Shown here in pieces: positions 11,601-26,600 of a stretch of DNA of 64,000 nt. Both the position numbers and the translations under genes were made by a program. Each line of letters begins with the position of its first letter. Position 1 is the stretch's first letter. The notes below the pieces were generated by a model that ran no database searches, was not told where the DNA came from, and was given only the letters and a program-made list of their open reading frames with translations. Source of the DNA: Enoplolaimus lenunculus (Eukaryota); NCBI GenBank assembly GCA_030248215.1, contig JASANG010002922.1:248001-312000 (forward strand), in the 5' to 3' direction.

Positions 11601-14600
11601 TTTTAACTTTAACAGTTTCAATTTCAGCGTCACAGTTTAGTATTTCTTCAGATTTTCCTGTAAATAATTTCAAAAAAATATAGCCTATATCACAATTGGC
11701 CAATACTACTTTTAGGAGTGTAACTATAGACTACACGCAAGCAGCAAGCCTTAAATCCTCAGAGTAAAACATGAGTTTACACTGTAAATTCCAATGAGTT
11801 AACTAATCAACTCAACTTAGCGAGCTAGTTATTTCTGAATTAATATTTGTAAACATTAACTCAGTCTGAGTTGAGTAGTTCCTTACACCAAGTTGAGTTG
11901 GTTTTGGCAGAGTTGATTAATTAACTCAGAATGTGTTTAATTGAATCAGAATTCTAAGTTCTGATTGTCGTAACCCAGATTGAGTGATATAACTTATTCT
12001 GAGTTAATATCAACTCACTGAAATTTACAGTGAAAGGCTAAAGCTAAAAATTGGTGTAAACCCCTGAAGCATCACTATTGCAGTCTGTTAAATAAAGGAC
12101 ATCGCTTAAAGCATCAACATGGGTTTGACAAGGTATGTGAGCGCTTTTAATAGCAAATAGTTTATGCGCGGCTTGTTTCCTGCCACTGTGAATTTCAGTG
12201 AGTTGATTTTAACTCGGAATGAGTTGAATCACTCAATCTGAGTTAGGACTTTCAGAACTCAGAATTTTGAGTTCATTCAATTCATTTTGAGTTAATTAAT
12301 CAACTCACCCAGAGTCTACAAAACTCAGAGTAAGAATCAACTACAATACCAGGGCGTATAGATAGTTTCATTCACGTACAACTATGCGCCTGTCGTTGTT
12401 ATCGAATGAAATTTTACCTGTCTTCTTTGCTATTTCGTTAAGCAACATTTGAATGTTTGAAAGCACTGTTTCTGTCGCTGAAAGCATAAAAATCAAACTG
12501 TATGTTTTTAATTTTGCCGCAAAGCGGCAAGCACCTAAAAATATGGTTATATATAAAGCCTAAGACTAAGCCTAAGCCATCTGTTACTAAAAAACTTCAA
12601 TTATGGTTAACATAAACGTTAAATATACGTGCTAGACAACAAGATCATTTAACAACGAGAACAACTTACCTCTAATGGTATTGTTGAGTTCAATTGTTTC
12701 TGATCTTTCGAGACTAAAACAAACGAACCACGAGTCGTACAAATAGTTTTCTGCACTGTAAATTAAAGTGAGTTGATTTCAACTCAGAACAAGTTGAATA
12801 AATCAGTCTGAGTAGTACTATCAGAACTCACAATTCTGAGTTGATTCAACTCATTCTGATTTAATTAATCAACTGCATCCGTAGTCAACTCAATTCACAC
12901 TGAGAATGAAGTCAACTCAGGGCGAGTTAAAGTTTACTGTTATTAACTTCGAAATAACTAACTTTCCGTCAGAGCTGATTAATTAACTTATTGGAATTTA
13001 CAGTGTAACTTGTGGATTTGAGGTAAAAAACACCCCGTAATACACTACCTTTGACTTCTGATTGGAGTATCCAATAAGAGACGTCGCCTAACACGCCAAG
13101 TGCCTTCGGTATCTTCTGATTGGCTACGCGGTCGGCGAGGTAGTGTACTAAGTGGTCCAATTGCTGTTGACGGTGTTGAGCTGCTGATCTACAAGCAATC
13201 AATTGCATATTTAATTTTTTTACAGCATTACACAATTTTAACAAAACTCCAGAGTCGTTTTGTTTACCGTCACCTCTGAGCTATTAAAGCTTGTCGCTCA
13301 AGTCGTGTTAAATGATGCTGTATATGTGTAAAACGGTTAAAAGGCTATCTAAGCAACATCCACGATCGCTTTAACTCAACGTCTGAAAAAAGCCCACTGT
13401 GACACACATACCTCAACAAATATATGAGTCATGTAACAAATATATGAGTCATGTAACAAATATATGAGTCATGTAACAAATATATGAGTCATGTGTAGCA
13501 CTCAAACGTTCCGAATCAATCTGAACTCTTCAGTTTAAAGCGTTGATCTAAGCCTAAAGCCTAAACTTAATCATCCACAGTCCTTAATGAAATCTAGAAT
13601 CGACTATAAAATAACTCTATAGATAAGTGTATGCAACTTACCGGAATAAGTGTGACACAAAATATATCAAAAGACATTTAGAATTAAACAGAAACTTGAC
13701 CATATTTCTTTATCTGTGCAAGTTAGTAGGGAAATATTCAGATTTTATGGCATTGATCTTAACCCAAGACACGAGGCGGTTGGAATCCTGCCTTATTTGA
13801 GTAAACAGTGTTCCCATTCACGGTTTTTCTGCTAAGCACGGCTGAAAGGTTAAAGCAAATTTATTTTGTACCCAGCTAAGCAGGTTGTTTAGCGGCTCAA
13901 CTGACGTAAATTTTTTACAGCTTGATTTGAATATAAAAACACACAGAAGATAAGTCAGATGTTAGTCGGCGCATTTTTACCCAGCAGCGTATTTCCGTTT
14001 ACAGTGAACGGTAAAAAAACTTTCACACTTCATCGCCAACGTTAATCAAGGTGTTTACGGTCTGCAGTCTTAATTTTTTCCCATAAATATCCTTCCCTAA
14101 AATGAGCTGAGATAATGGAGAAAATACCAAAACCAAAAGCAAGCTTAGTACATTAATATTTTCTATACTCAGAATGTAATCAGTTGCATACTCTTGTCTA
14201 ATATTACCATATTCCCAACTGTGTACATTATCATCAGTTAAATAATAGGTGTTCAAACTAAATAACTATTGCAAAACTCAAAATTGGTACAGGAGTAGAG
14301 CAAATCATATTGTCAAAAATGTGCTGAATTCTGAGTCTCAGCAGTCACTGGTTCCTACAAGACCTATCACCAATTGGTGATAGCTGCTAGACGCATTTGA
14401 GAATACAGGCTGAACCTGATCTGTTGTTGTTTTTGTGGACCGCAATTTGTCTGGCGGTGAATGGCGTATAGCAGCGGGCATTGGAGTTCGACCAGCAGAA
14501 GGGCCGGCGACAATTAACGGAGTGCGAATTTCGTTGACTTGATTTTCAAGGCGTTGAATTCGATGCTAAAATTTAATTAATTTTTAACGTGTTCCAGTCA

Positions 14601-17600
14601 CTTCTGGCGCACAAATAGAACAAAATAAGGCCGCACCGCGATGGATGCATGGAAAGCTAAGGCTTCCAATACAAATTAGGTAAACGCATTGCCTCAATGA
14701 ACCATCGTTAATAACGAGTTGGTAATTTTTAATACGCAATACCACAATTCGACATCATTCACACCTTTACCAAACCAAACGGATATTTTGCGTAAATAAT
14801 GAAACTTTGATTATTGGGCCAATGTAAACAACACAGGCGCAACAGTATTATAAGCATATTCCTAAGCCTAAGCCTAAGCCTAAGTCGAAGCGTAAGAATG
14901 GCCATATTCCTAAACCTAAACCTAAGCCTAAGCCAAGAACAAAAATAAAGCTTAAGCTTACTCTATCGCAGTACCATAGAAAAACGTTCCGCCTCTGATC
15001 TTTACATGAGCCGATTATTGGTAGCATCGAGAAAACATAATTCAGTTTAAAAAATTAAAATTTACCCGTAAATCTGAATCAGTCCGTGCAGTTGAGCGTG
15101 GAGTCGTGAGTTGAGCTGCTGTTGATGCCATATCGAGTTCAGTTTGCAGCCGTAACCTCTCGCCGGCAAACTTACTCAAATCATTAGCGAGTGCTTGGTT
15201 TTCACTGCGAAGATTCGCCTACACCAAATCAAAAATAGTGTACATTTTTTGCAAATTATAAAAACTCAGATTTTAATTGCCTAATTTTGACGCTTGTATT
15301 CACTTAACATCTTGTCATTTGACAAAATCACCTCGAAAATACACTGTATATCCCATTGAGTTGATTTTAACTCAGAATGAGTTGAATCACTCAGTCTGAG
15401 AGTTAGGACTTTCAGAACTCAAAATTCTAAGTCAACGAAACTCGCTCTGACTATATTATTCAACTTACCCGGAATAAACTGAACTCAGACTCAGAATCAA
15501 CTCCACTCAGTGTGAGTTAACGTTAACTGTTATTAACTCAGAAACAACTAACTCTCTAGCTGAGTTGATTCATCAATTCATTGGAATTTACAGTGTATAG
15601 ATTTCAGTTGAAATTGTATAAATTCAACGGAAAGGGGTATCGTTATTATAAAGTATTAATTTACGTACCAGCTCAATACCAAGTCGTTCGTTCTCAACGC
15701 GTTTCGACTCCAGTTCAGTTGTTGCAAGCCGTTGTTGTTTTGCAGCAGTTGCTTTTGCGTCTGCCAGTTCACATTGCATACGTTTCAATTCGGCATGAAT
15801 TTGTTCGTGTTGTGTTGTATATCGCGTAGTTTGGGCAGAGTCAGTTGCCGACGGGCCACTGATTGGCTGAAAAACTTAACGATGTATTTTATGTTAAAAA
15901 TATCTAAAATCAAAGGTGCTCACAGAAAATTTGAAAAAAAAACGCAGGGGACTTAGTGAAATAAAAATTCGGTCCGAGTAACCGTGACAGTCGGACCATT
16001 TTCAACTGGAGTTAAGCTTAAGCTTACAGACTAATATTTTTGGCTTAGGCTTTTACGCTTTGGAATACAATTTATTGTTACGCTGAGGCTTGGGGAAATA
16101 GGTTCCGCTTTAGGGTAAGGAATGTGCTTATACACTGTTACGGCCCTCACTGTGGGTAAAAAATCTAAGCACAATATTATGTGTTGTGAAACGGATACTT
16201 GGATGCATCACCATACTTTGGGTACCACGGCGGTCCACAGTCCCTAAGCGGATTCGGTATCTATACCTGTTGATTGAAATAACTTTTTCAAGGAGGGACA
16301 TACAAGGATTTTCCTTGACATACAAGCAAAGTTGAAAATTTTTCTAGGGGGGCAAAAAATTTTCATTGACGGGCTAAGTTACCCCTGGCCCCCGAAGACT
16401 ACGGACCTGATCATTGTTAGGTTTGTTTGCAAACTTTTTAATTGGCAATATTAGACAGGTGTTTTGTAGAACTTAACCCATCTTTTCAAAATCAGCGATT
16501 GTTCACATATTCTTCAGGCGTAGGCTTAGGGTCAGGTTTTGGGCTTAGGGTTAGGAAAACTCGTCTAAAACCTAAGCCTGTACCGAAAGCCTGAGCCTTA
16601 ACCTAAAATGAACGTATAGGAAGTGTGGCCAATGTTACTTTAAGGGGCGTAACGGCAGATTAAGCGTATTCCTAAGCCTAAGCCTAAGCGTAAGCGTTGC
16701 AAAATGAGTTCCTAAGCCTAATAAACCTAAGTCTAAGTCTAAGCATAAGCAAAAAGGTAATCTAGAATCTAAACCCGCTCTTTTATATACCCACCAGAAA
16801 CCTGGACGTCCCTGAAAGAAATATGGGCCGAGTGTTATACAGCCCCAAGATCTAACCTATTCCTCTGGCTCACCTTTGAAATTGATTTCAATTCGTCGTT
16901 CAATCGCTGTCTGCTTCGAGTTAAGTCAACATTGGTTTGCTGCAACTTTTCTGTTTGCATTTTAGCAGCCGCCAGATCGGCTGCTAATTTTTCTTTCTCA
17001 CGCCACAGTTGTTCGCATCGTGTTTTATGTTCATCGACAACGTTTACTTGAGATGTAAGCTTCGCCTGTTTTTTCAAAATACCAGTTCAGTCCATCGGAC
17101 CAAGAGTGGATGATCACTCTTTATAACAAGAGTGTGCAACTGGGTACATTCTGCGTATTAACGTATGTACCAGCACGCGTTGCATTTTTGTTCGACCCCC
17201 CTCTCGATCGGGAGGGGGGGGTAAGCAAGAGATTAACAGTATGCTTCAGCACACCTAAAAACTGCATAAAGACCACCTAAACAAGGGGGGTAGGCCAAAA
17301 ACGCAACGCGTGCCGGGTACATTCTTTAATACACAGAATGTACCCAGTTGCACACTCTTGTTATAAAGAGTGATCATCCACTCTTGATATGACGTAGCCA
17401 GGACTTCAGCTCGAAGTGTATAACCTCATTTAAAAGAAAAGTTCAAGACCTCTATCATCCATAGAAGTCCATTCTATAGTCTGTTCCAACTGCTTTTCTG
17501 CGGTGTCTCCAGAAATTTCTGGAGAAGTTATATTTTTCTCTATCCCTCTGTATACGCAACTAAACCGAGTCAAAATTAAAATTCAAAACTGGTTTTTAAA

Positions 17601-20600
17601 TTTTTGAGCCATGTTCACATGAGTGCAGGTATTATTTTGCAGTCGCAAGACACTTGTAAATTCTGCATGGTTTCGAATCACGGCCAATGTAAAGAACAGG
17701 GGCGCAACAGTATTATAAGCATATTCTAAAGCCTAACCCTAAGCCTAAGCCGAAGCCAAGCAAAAAAATCAGTCTAAAGCTTATGCTTACTCTTTTCTTG
17801 TCTCACAGAAAAACGTTCCGCCCCTGATCTTTACATATGGGCCCAAGGTACTAACAACATAAATACGTATATATAAAACCTTTTTAATACCTGCAAATCG
17901 TTTTGTGCTTTCGCGTTCGTTGCAAACGATGCCTTCAGCGTAGAATTTTCCCTTTCTAAATTGCAAATTTTCAATTTCGCAACATCGAGCTCTCGACTAA
18001 TTTCGTCCAACTGAAACAAGTAAAAAATAAAATCACACAAAGGCATTCGCCGGGCTGTGGAGCGCCCGGTGATCCAAAAACGAAAGGGTCACAATACGGC
18101 AGCGCTATTTACAATGGTGATAGAAATCTTGCAGTAGAAGCAAACAAAAAACCTAATCATATTATGTTGGTACTTCGCAAGGTAAGCACCTTATCATTTT
18201 TTAATAACCGTTTTGTATCTATATATTCGTACGTCGTATACATTATTGGACTGCAAAAGTACGGACTTTCGGTTTACGTTCGAGCCAAGCATACTGTCAC
18301 AATACCGTGCGGCCAGTTGTGACAGCTTCATATTCCGATACCAGTTACATGTGAACATTTATGAGAGTCTTTATTTTTAGCCTACCGTGCGCATATATGG
18401 ACATTAACAGGGTGCAATCAGAATTACGGTTCCGGTAGGCAAATCCGGTTTGTTTCACTATCCGGTTCCGGTAATAAATCCGGTATGTTTTCACCGAAAG
18501 TTTCTAGCATTTTCGGTATTGAAATTTTTTGTCGTTCGAAAATTTAAGAAAAGTTGACATTTTATTCTATCTTTATTTGTCTAAAATTGTCTAAGTGTGT
18601 ATTGCCAAAATCTTTAATTTATGTCAAACTTTACAATTGATCATACGTTTCCAGCTACTGAATTTGTTTCAGAATTTTGGGCATCCTAATTGGTGTGTTT
18701 ACGCCGTTAATAGCGATAAAATATCGTTAAAATGAATTTTTCATTAATAATTTTTTGTTTTCCGGTTCCGGTATTTTTTAACTTTCCGGTTCCGGTATTT
18801 TATAATTCCGGTTGCACACCCTGCTGAACTGCGCGTATTCGTAACCAGCGAACCTTAAGTTGATTGCATTAACACATTCTTGCTCCAATAATGACACCGC
18901 CCATCAAAAAAATTGTTTAAAAATCGATATGCTGTTCCGTGTGGCAATAGACGTATGTTGTAGTACGGTGACGGACGGCACCGTATGTCATCGGCATCAA
19001 AAGTATAGCACCTCTCTTTACTCTGCGCGGCCCATGTATAGAACAGGTCCGGGTCGTTTTTCAACGGGGCAGTAATAGCGTCAGTTTAAGCTTTAGACTT
19101 ACTTTTTTGCTTAGGCTTAGGCTTAGGCCTAGGAATAGGATCATCCTTACGCTTAGGCTTAGGCTTAGGCCTAGGAATAGGGTCATCCTTACGCTTAGGC
19201 TTAGGCCTTGGCCTAGGAATAGGATCATCCTTACGCTTACGCTTAGGCTTAGGCTTAGGCGTAGAAATATGCTTATACTACTGTTCCGGCCCTGTTCTGT
19301 ACATGGGCCCTTTGCGCTTACTTTGACTTTTTGTTCAGGAGATCGACCAGGGCTGTCGTCAGGCGCCGAGTCCAGCTGAGCTTTGAGCGTTGCGAGTTGT
19401 TGTTGTAGCACCTGTTGCCGGCCTTGCGCATCGTTTTTAACGTTACGAAGTTCATGATTCAGCTTGTGTAGCGTCTCCTAAAAACAGCAACCGATGAAGA
19501 CCTCGAAGTCAAAAGGAGTCACAAGGGTGCGTTGACGGACTCAGACGAGACATTTTGGCCCGATCGGACAAACTTTTTGGCCCCGCTTGTGAACTATGTC
19601 AGGTACCAATATGCCATCTCTGAAATATTTTTGGCACAGTTTGACAATTTCGGCCGGCTACGGCGATGGAATCCTAAGCAACTATAGATAATCGCCTAAA
19701 TATTTTTCATGAGATGCTAATGGCAGCCCAGGTAAAGATCAAGTGATGAACGTTTTACTGTGGGACGGCAATAGAGTAACGCGTAGGATTTAGACTATTT
19801 TTTGCTTGGCTCTGGCGTAGGCTTAGGCTTAGGCTTAGGAATATGCTCATTGTTACGCCTAGGCGTAGGCTTTGGCTTAGGCTTAGCAATATGCTTATAA
19901 TACTGTTCCGCCCCTGTTCTTTTACATTGGGCATAATGGGCAACACCTATCAACCTGAATGCTCACAGTCGGGGAACAAAATATTGGCTTTTCAAATACG
20001 TGTAGCACTCATCGCCAATCCGGAAAACGTCCCGTTTATTAGACAGCATAGGCAGGTTTAAAATTTCTCATACCAGAAGGTATCAATCAAATGCGAAAAA
20101 GTCTAAAATTCTAGACGCCTAAGATAAAAACTCAAGGAATTCCCAAGATCTCAAATTAATTAGTGGCGATAGCTGGTACATATATTTGAGAAGACGTGCA
20201 TACAAATCACCTATCACTGCCGGCATACAATTTCTACACTGTAAATTCCAGTGAGTTGATTTTAACTCAGAATGAGTTGAACTACTCAGTCTGAGTTAGG
20301 ATTATCAGAATTCATAATTCTGATTTGATTCAACTCATTCTGATTTCATTAATCAAATCTCCCGGAGTCGACTCAACTCTCACTGTGCGAATCAAGTCAA
20401 CTTAGATTGAGTTCAAGTTTACTGACATTAACTCCAAAATAAGTAACTTTCCATCTGAGCTGATTAATTAACTCACTGGAATTTACGGTGTACCTATACG
20501 TGGAATCTTGGTTTTGGGTTGCGTTTTTCTTGTGCTGGGCGCCGCTGAACAGCGTCGTACGGCGCCGCGTGTCATCAGGCACCGCTCTTTGACGCCGGAC

Positions 20601-23600
20601 GATGCTGCCTTGCGCCGTACGCTAATGTCCAGCGCCGCGTGTGCCCCCGGACGTCACCGCTCGGCGCTGAGCGTCACATCAAAGTAAATCCGAGATGAAC
20701 CCATCGTCTCAACGAAATTATCTTTGACATGAGCAGCGGAACCAAAATCGAGTAATACCGCAACCGAAAGCGAATACATACTTCTTTTTGTTGTAGCAGC
20801 TTTGAGTTTTCTTTGCTTTTATCGTTCAGTTCACCGATTACTCGCTCGTACTCAGTCAGCTCAATCTTGAGCATTGATAATTGTTGATCAAAAAGTTCTT
20901 GCTAGAATACCAAAGTATTACTTAGCTAGTGGCGAATGCTGAACCTCAGTTGCATTCTGTATAGACCACCGCTGTGTCTGATCGAAAAAAATTGATCAAA
21001 AAGTTAAATTATTTTAAGAAAAACGGTAAAACTATGAAAATATATTTTACCCGTTTCACATTGATCAACTTATAGCTGCTATCAGTATAAAAGTAAATTT
21101 AACTACGTATATGCGCAGTGCATAATCTATACAACGCATGAGATTCCCTTTAGGCTTGAGCGTTTATATACCGCACTTCGTGTGAATTTTAGTTTCTTTT
21201 GGAGACTGAGTGAACTTGTTAGGGTCCAAATTTATGTAACTATAGCTGAAATTTTTACTTTCCGAGCGTGTCATCACAGCTAAATTCGGGCAGAGCGTAG
21301 AATCGACCAATCTCGAATACTCGACGAAGGAAACTTGGAACCACCACTGTGTTGGAGGCCCTCACCCTGGAATTCGGAGGAGCGAGCACCCATCCATACC
21401 TGCTTCGGGAATGGATAAACATTTTAAAAACAATTCCTACCATCCGTGTAACTGTTTGTTTTTCGCTTCGATTTTCAGCTTCCAACTGACTGATGATAGT
21501 AACGTATTGTTCTGATTCTTTGCTGTATCGCTCATCGCTAAGTTCTTTTTCTATTCTGAAACATTAATTAATAATAATTTTACTAACTACACTGCAAAAA
21601 ATGGTGAGTGTCAAATTCAAATCACTGAATCGCTCAGGGAGTCGAATTTGACTTTGGCGGAGTCGAATTTGACTCAGTTTGTGTAGTCAGGAAAAGCCTA
21701 TTTCAGAGAGAGTCAATTTGACTCATCATTTTTTGCAGTATACAATCAGGGATGGACCTACCATCTGGCCAACCGGACAAATGCCAAGTGCGCCGGTTGC
21801 AATTTGGGCCACTCAACAAAATGAAAAAATCTTTGCTTATGATAATTATTTTTCTGGTCATCAATGGCAAATTGGTTTATATCAAAATGCCAGGGTCGAA
21901 TTTTAGTGCTAAGGTCCGTTGTTTCAGTGTCAGTCGAGCCGTGAATATAAACGCAGCTCAAACTAACGTTTCGCGCTCCAGCTTTGCTTTCAAATCGTCC
22001 ACCATTTTCAACGCTACATTCGCTTCTGCCCGGACATTTTTGGCATAGTCACGGTACTGACGAGTGAGATCTTTGTGTTTTCTAAAAGCGAATCAACTTT
22101 TGGAGAGCCCAAGCACCTGGGGCTATATTTTCAGAGTGTCATAGTACTGTAGTGACCCGAATAAGAGGAGGACTGATATTTATTTGGCATCTCCAGAAGC
22201 TACCCCTTGTTACGCGGTTATGGAACTTTCTGACAATAATTTTTTACAATATTTGTTTTTAGGTTCCGGGGACCTCGGGACCTTAAAAATCGAATTTTTC
22301 AAAAATTCAAATTTAGTCGTGCAAATGCAAAAATTTTCAAAACCATCCATTTTTCGGCAAACGCGGGCTGGAAGGATAACTGAAAAGAAAAGTGACCCGA
22401 ATAAGCGGAGCGGCAGACTGAAATTTATTTGGCCTCTACAGAGGGTGCCCCCTGTTATTCGGTTACGGACTGTTATATATTTTCAACCCGCCATCCTCCA
22501 CCATTAGTTACTGATATACATCCGGTATTACAATTATTCGTTGAATTAAACGTTTTTTGCCTTGCATCAAAAACGTAAGCGATAATGCAAGGTTATATAC
22601 TTTCAAAACTTAAGTACGCTTTAAAATTTCGAACTCAACTCTATTTGGTCCTGGAGCCATTTATGCTCTACGATTAGGGATAATTGACATTTATGGACTC
22701 TAATTAGAGTTTAGGGACTCTATCCGCTTACGGACCCTTATTAGGGATTCAGACTCCTATTGATTGGGAGTCGAAATGAAGACCCCCACTTATTACCCCC
22801 TCCTTTTATTCGGGCCACTACAGTATATATCAACTGTTAGTGATAGGGCTTCCAACTTTGGAACTTGATAAATGGTGAGGTTCGAAATTTAGCACTTTTA
22901 ACTTTGACGTCATCGCGAAAGATAAAATTCACGCCCAGTTTTTACAAAATTTGTATAATACCTCAGTTCAATTTGAATTCGCCAATCCCTGTGCGATAGG
23001 GAATTTATCAGCCATTTTTTATTTAATATAAGAAAATAAGCATGTATCAAGATTAGTAAAGACCTCTACTTTATATTCTTAAACGCATGTAGCACCGATC
23101 ACCAGTTGGTAATATAGTTACACTAAAATTCAACCGAGAAGTACAAATGTCAGAACATTTTTTCCGATTTGAACGCTCCAACTTGTAAGCAGAGTCTCAC
23201 ACATTTTTAACTGACGTAGTTTGCAGGTTTGAAAATCTATTGCTAACTGGTGATAGACGCTACACACATTTGAGAATACAGCTCCACAGTGGAAGGAGTA
23301 GTTTTTCCGCTAAGTCATTTTGACTTAATGTTCCGTAAGTGAACAGAGTTAAAAAATGTGGTATCCTTCAAAAATTTGCGTGCCTGAAAGAAGTAAGTAA
23401 CGGACTGCATCGCGCTGTTCAAGTCATACTACTTATCTTTGTAGCAATAGTTGCTCAAAGAGGGACATTCATGTTCTGCCCCACCCCCCCAGCACAGATC
23501 AACGCCGAAATTTTGTATAATTCAATAATAAAATTGTGTTTGGCTTCTCGTTCGCTTCGCTCGCGTCTTTTTTTGCACAATCAAATATGGCTTGGCTGTC

Positions 23601-26600
23601 GTCAGATATTTGTGAATCTGCCATGCGAAAGATTTTTGTGCGTAAAACAAATGATACGCAAAATGGCCAATGTTACTTTAAGTAACGTAACAGTTGATTC
23701 AGCGTATTCTTAAGCATAAGCCTAAGCCTAGGGGTTGTAAAATTGTGTTCCTAAGCCTAAGCCTATGCCTAAGCTTGAGTCTAAGCAAAAAAATGTAATC
23801 TAGCGTCTAAACCTACTCTTTTATGGACCCATCAGAAACCTGGACGCCTTTTAAAGTAAACATGGGCCCGCTAAATTGCCAGAATATATTCAGACTTTAA
23901 TAAACAAAATGCTTACAACGTTGAAGCGGTTGATGCTTGTTTGTCTAAAATTTTTTGTTTGATCAGTCTTGTTTCATCTTGAGCCTAAAATTGCATTGAC
24001 AACTTGAGATAATACTGTAGTGACCTGAATAGAAGGGGTTGCGGCTGAAATTGAGTTTGCTCTCCAGATTGCATCACAATCCTCCAAATTATTCGCGAAC
24101 GCACTGTTGTTTATTTTTCAACCTATTATCTTCTCTGTATTTTTTGGATCCCCCAATTTGTACGGCCAATGTATAGAACATGGCCGTAACAGCAGTATAA
24201 GTATATTTCTATTCCTAAGCCTAACGTAAGAATAAACTCATATCTAAGCCAAAGCCTAAGTAAAAAAAATAGTTAAAGCTTAAGCTTACTCTATTGCAGT
24301 CCCACAGAAAAACGTTCGTCCCTGTTGTTTAATATGGGCTTCTTTCACTTTTGTGCGGTTTTCTGCGATTGGACTACATTTTTTACATATACGGTTATCA
24401 AACATGAGGTAACTGCTAGGAATATAGGTAACGTATACAGATAGAGTAAATTCGTGTTAAACTCCATTGGAGTCCAGTAACGTCTGAGTAATCCCATGAT
24501 TAAGGTAATTAACATTTATCGAATCTAAGTTACTAAAAACCTTCGAGTCTATCCAAATGCAGACTTTATATAGAGATACAGGCTCTTATTGATTCAGACT
24601 CAAAATAGGGACACCGCACTCTTAAATAATAACTTATCCTGTTATTCGGATCACTACAGTATTTATATATTAAAAGCCTTGTGTAAGAAAATATTGAATC
24701 AAAGAGTTACAAGTGAGATTGTTAAATGTCAATCCACGTTGCATTCCTGTCCCTCGTAGCCAACATTTCACTTTATTTTAAGTGTTTTACTGTGTCATCT
24801 TTACTTCCATACGATAGCCAAAGCCAACACTAAAATTCACAATTTCTGTCCGTTTTCTTGACGTCAAATGTGGAAAAGGTGTACAACTTTGAGCTGGTGC
24901 TAAACATTTCATGACATACAGGCAGCGGTGGGCCCAGAAACTTCTGACGGGATGCGGGCTCGCAAAAGTAATATATGAAGCGCAATTTTTACTGCATGCT
25001 ATACATACTTACGAAAAAGTTTGCGGTGGGGCAAGAAAATTGTAAGGTAGGGACCTTAGCATTTTATCGCAAAAAATATTCAAACCTTATCACCAATAAC
25101 CCAGTTGTTTTTGGCCCCCAGACCTTGTACTGATTTTGTATTAATAAACACTCTAAACCTTGTCAGCCATTTCCCAAGCGCTGTTCAACTCTTCTTGAAG
25201 CGCTCGAAGCATAAACTCCAAAAACGACGGAATCGGTTCGTCGTTGCCAATGTCACGACTGATCCCAAGCCGGTCCGTAGGAAGACGTGCGAGCGCATGA
25301 CGAATCACTTTGACAATTTGTTCGCGTTCATCTTTCGCTGATCGAAATTCAACATCGATGTCGGCAAGTTTCTTGAAATTTAGAAGAAAAAGAAACCGAA
25401 TACAGAAATTAATTTAAAACTAGAGTCAAAGTGGTTGCAATATTTGAAATAAAAAATACACTTGCCCCGATTGTTTCAAACAGAAAAATAATCCACCTAT
25501 AAGACGATGTCTAAATTACGTATGCTATGCGTTCCAGTTATTTCAGATTCAAATGTGTAGATCCAGTTATTTTAATTTCAGATTCAAATGTGTAGAATGA
25601 AGCATTTAGCACATAGGTGGCTTGATCACATTTTTGATTTGTCGAGAAGCTGAAGGGTATATGCCCTCTATTGAACCGTTCCACCTCCGTAGTGACGGGG
25701 AATCGAGTAGCACACGGCAGTAATACATATTAGGAGAAGGGCTAACAGTAATAAGTCATTTATAACTTTTCTTTCTAAGAACTTTGTTCATGATGGAATT
25801 AATAAAATTCATACAAAAATAGACACTTTTCACAGTGGATAATTACACAAAACCCTTTCCAATGCAGTTCAGTACCTCTAATGTTTTTAAAAAAATGTTA
25901 CGGTTTTGATATACTACAGTGACCCGGGGTCTTTTCCGTTATCCCCCTCGGCCAGCGGTTGTCCAAAAAAGGTTGGATTTTGAAAATTTTTGCATATTTG
26001 AGCGTCTTGTAACCTCCCCTGGCACGCTTAAATTTGAATTTTTGAAAAATTTCGTTTTAAGCTCAATCCTTGGAACCCAGAAAAATATTTTTGTCAAAAA
26101 TTTATACAACTTATATACAGTTCAACGCAGCTTGCGGAACTGAGTCGAATGGTGAGCTAAATTTCCGCAACCAGATGGTTGGCTAACGAGTACTTTAATT
26201 AGAGTTTAAGAACTCTATTTGCTTACGGACAATAATTTTCAGGGATACGGAGTCCTATTTATAGGGACTCAAAATGGGAACCCCTCTTCTTATTTCGCCC
26301 TCTTATTTGGGTCTCTACAGTGAGGCAATCTACCGCTGACTACACACATATACACTCCACTGGCCAAGAAATTTATCGCCAGTATTAAAATATTCTATGC
26401 GAAAAATACTTTCCTGTCCCCTCACTAAATATTCCTGCTTCCTGTGGGGATTTTAGTGTTATCATAAAACACGACCCATATTATACTTTGAGGGTCGTAC
26501 GGTATTTCCACGGGTATGCAATAGAGTAAACTTAAGCTTGTTACCATACGTTTCTCGTACGGCGCCGTCCGGTGCCGTCCGTCACTGTACGTCACCTAGC

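Noticed and set aside
8690..11657. GRIP domain or other recognisable C-terminal domain in the coiled-coil protein
   Set aside because: I found no YLKNV-type GRIP motif or other family signature, so no gene symbol was assigned.
19100..19260. True telomere or chromosome-fusion scar
   Set aside because: The tracts are short and degenerate, occur in both orientations, and are bounded by TIRs and TSDs.
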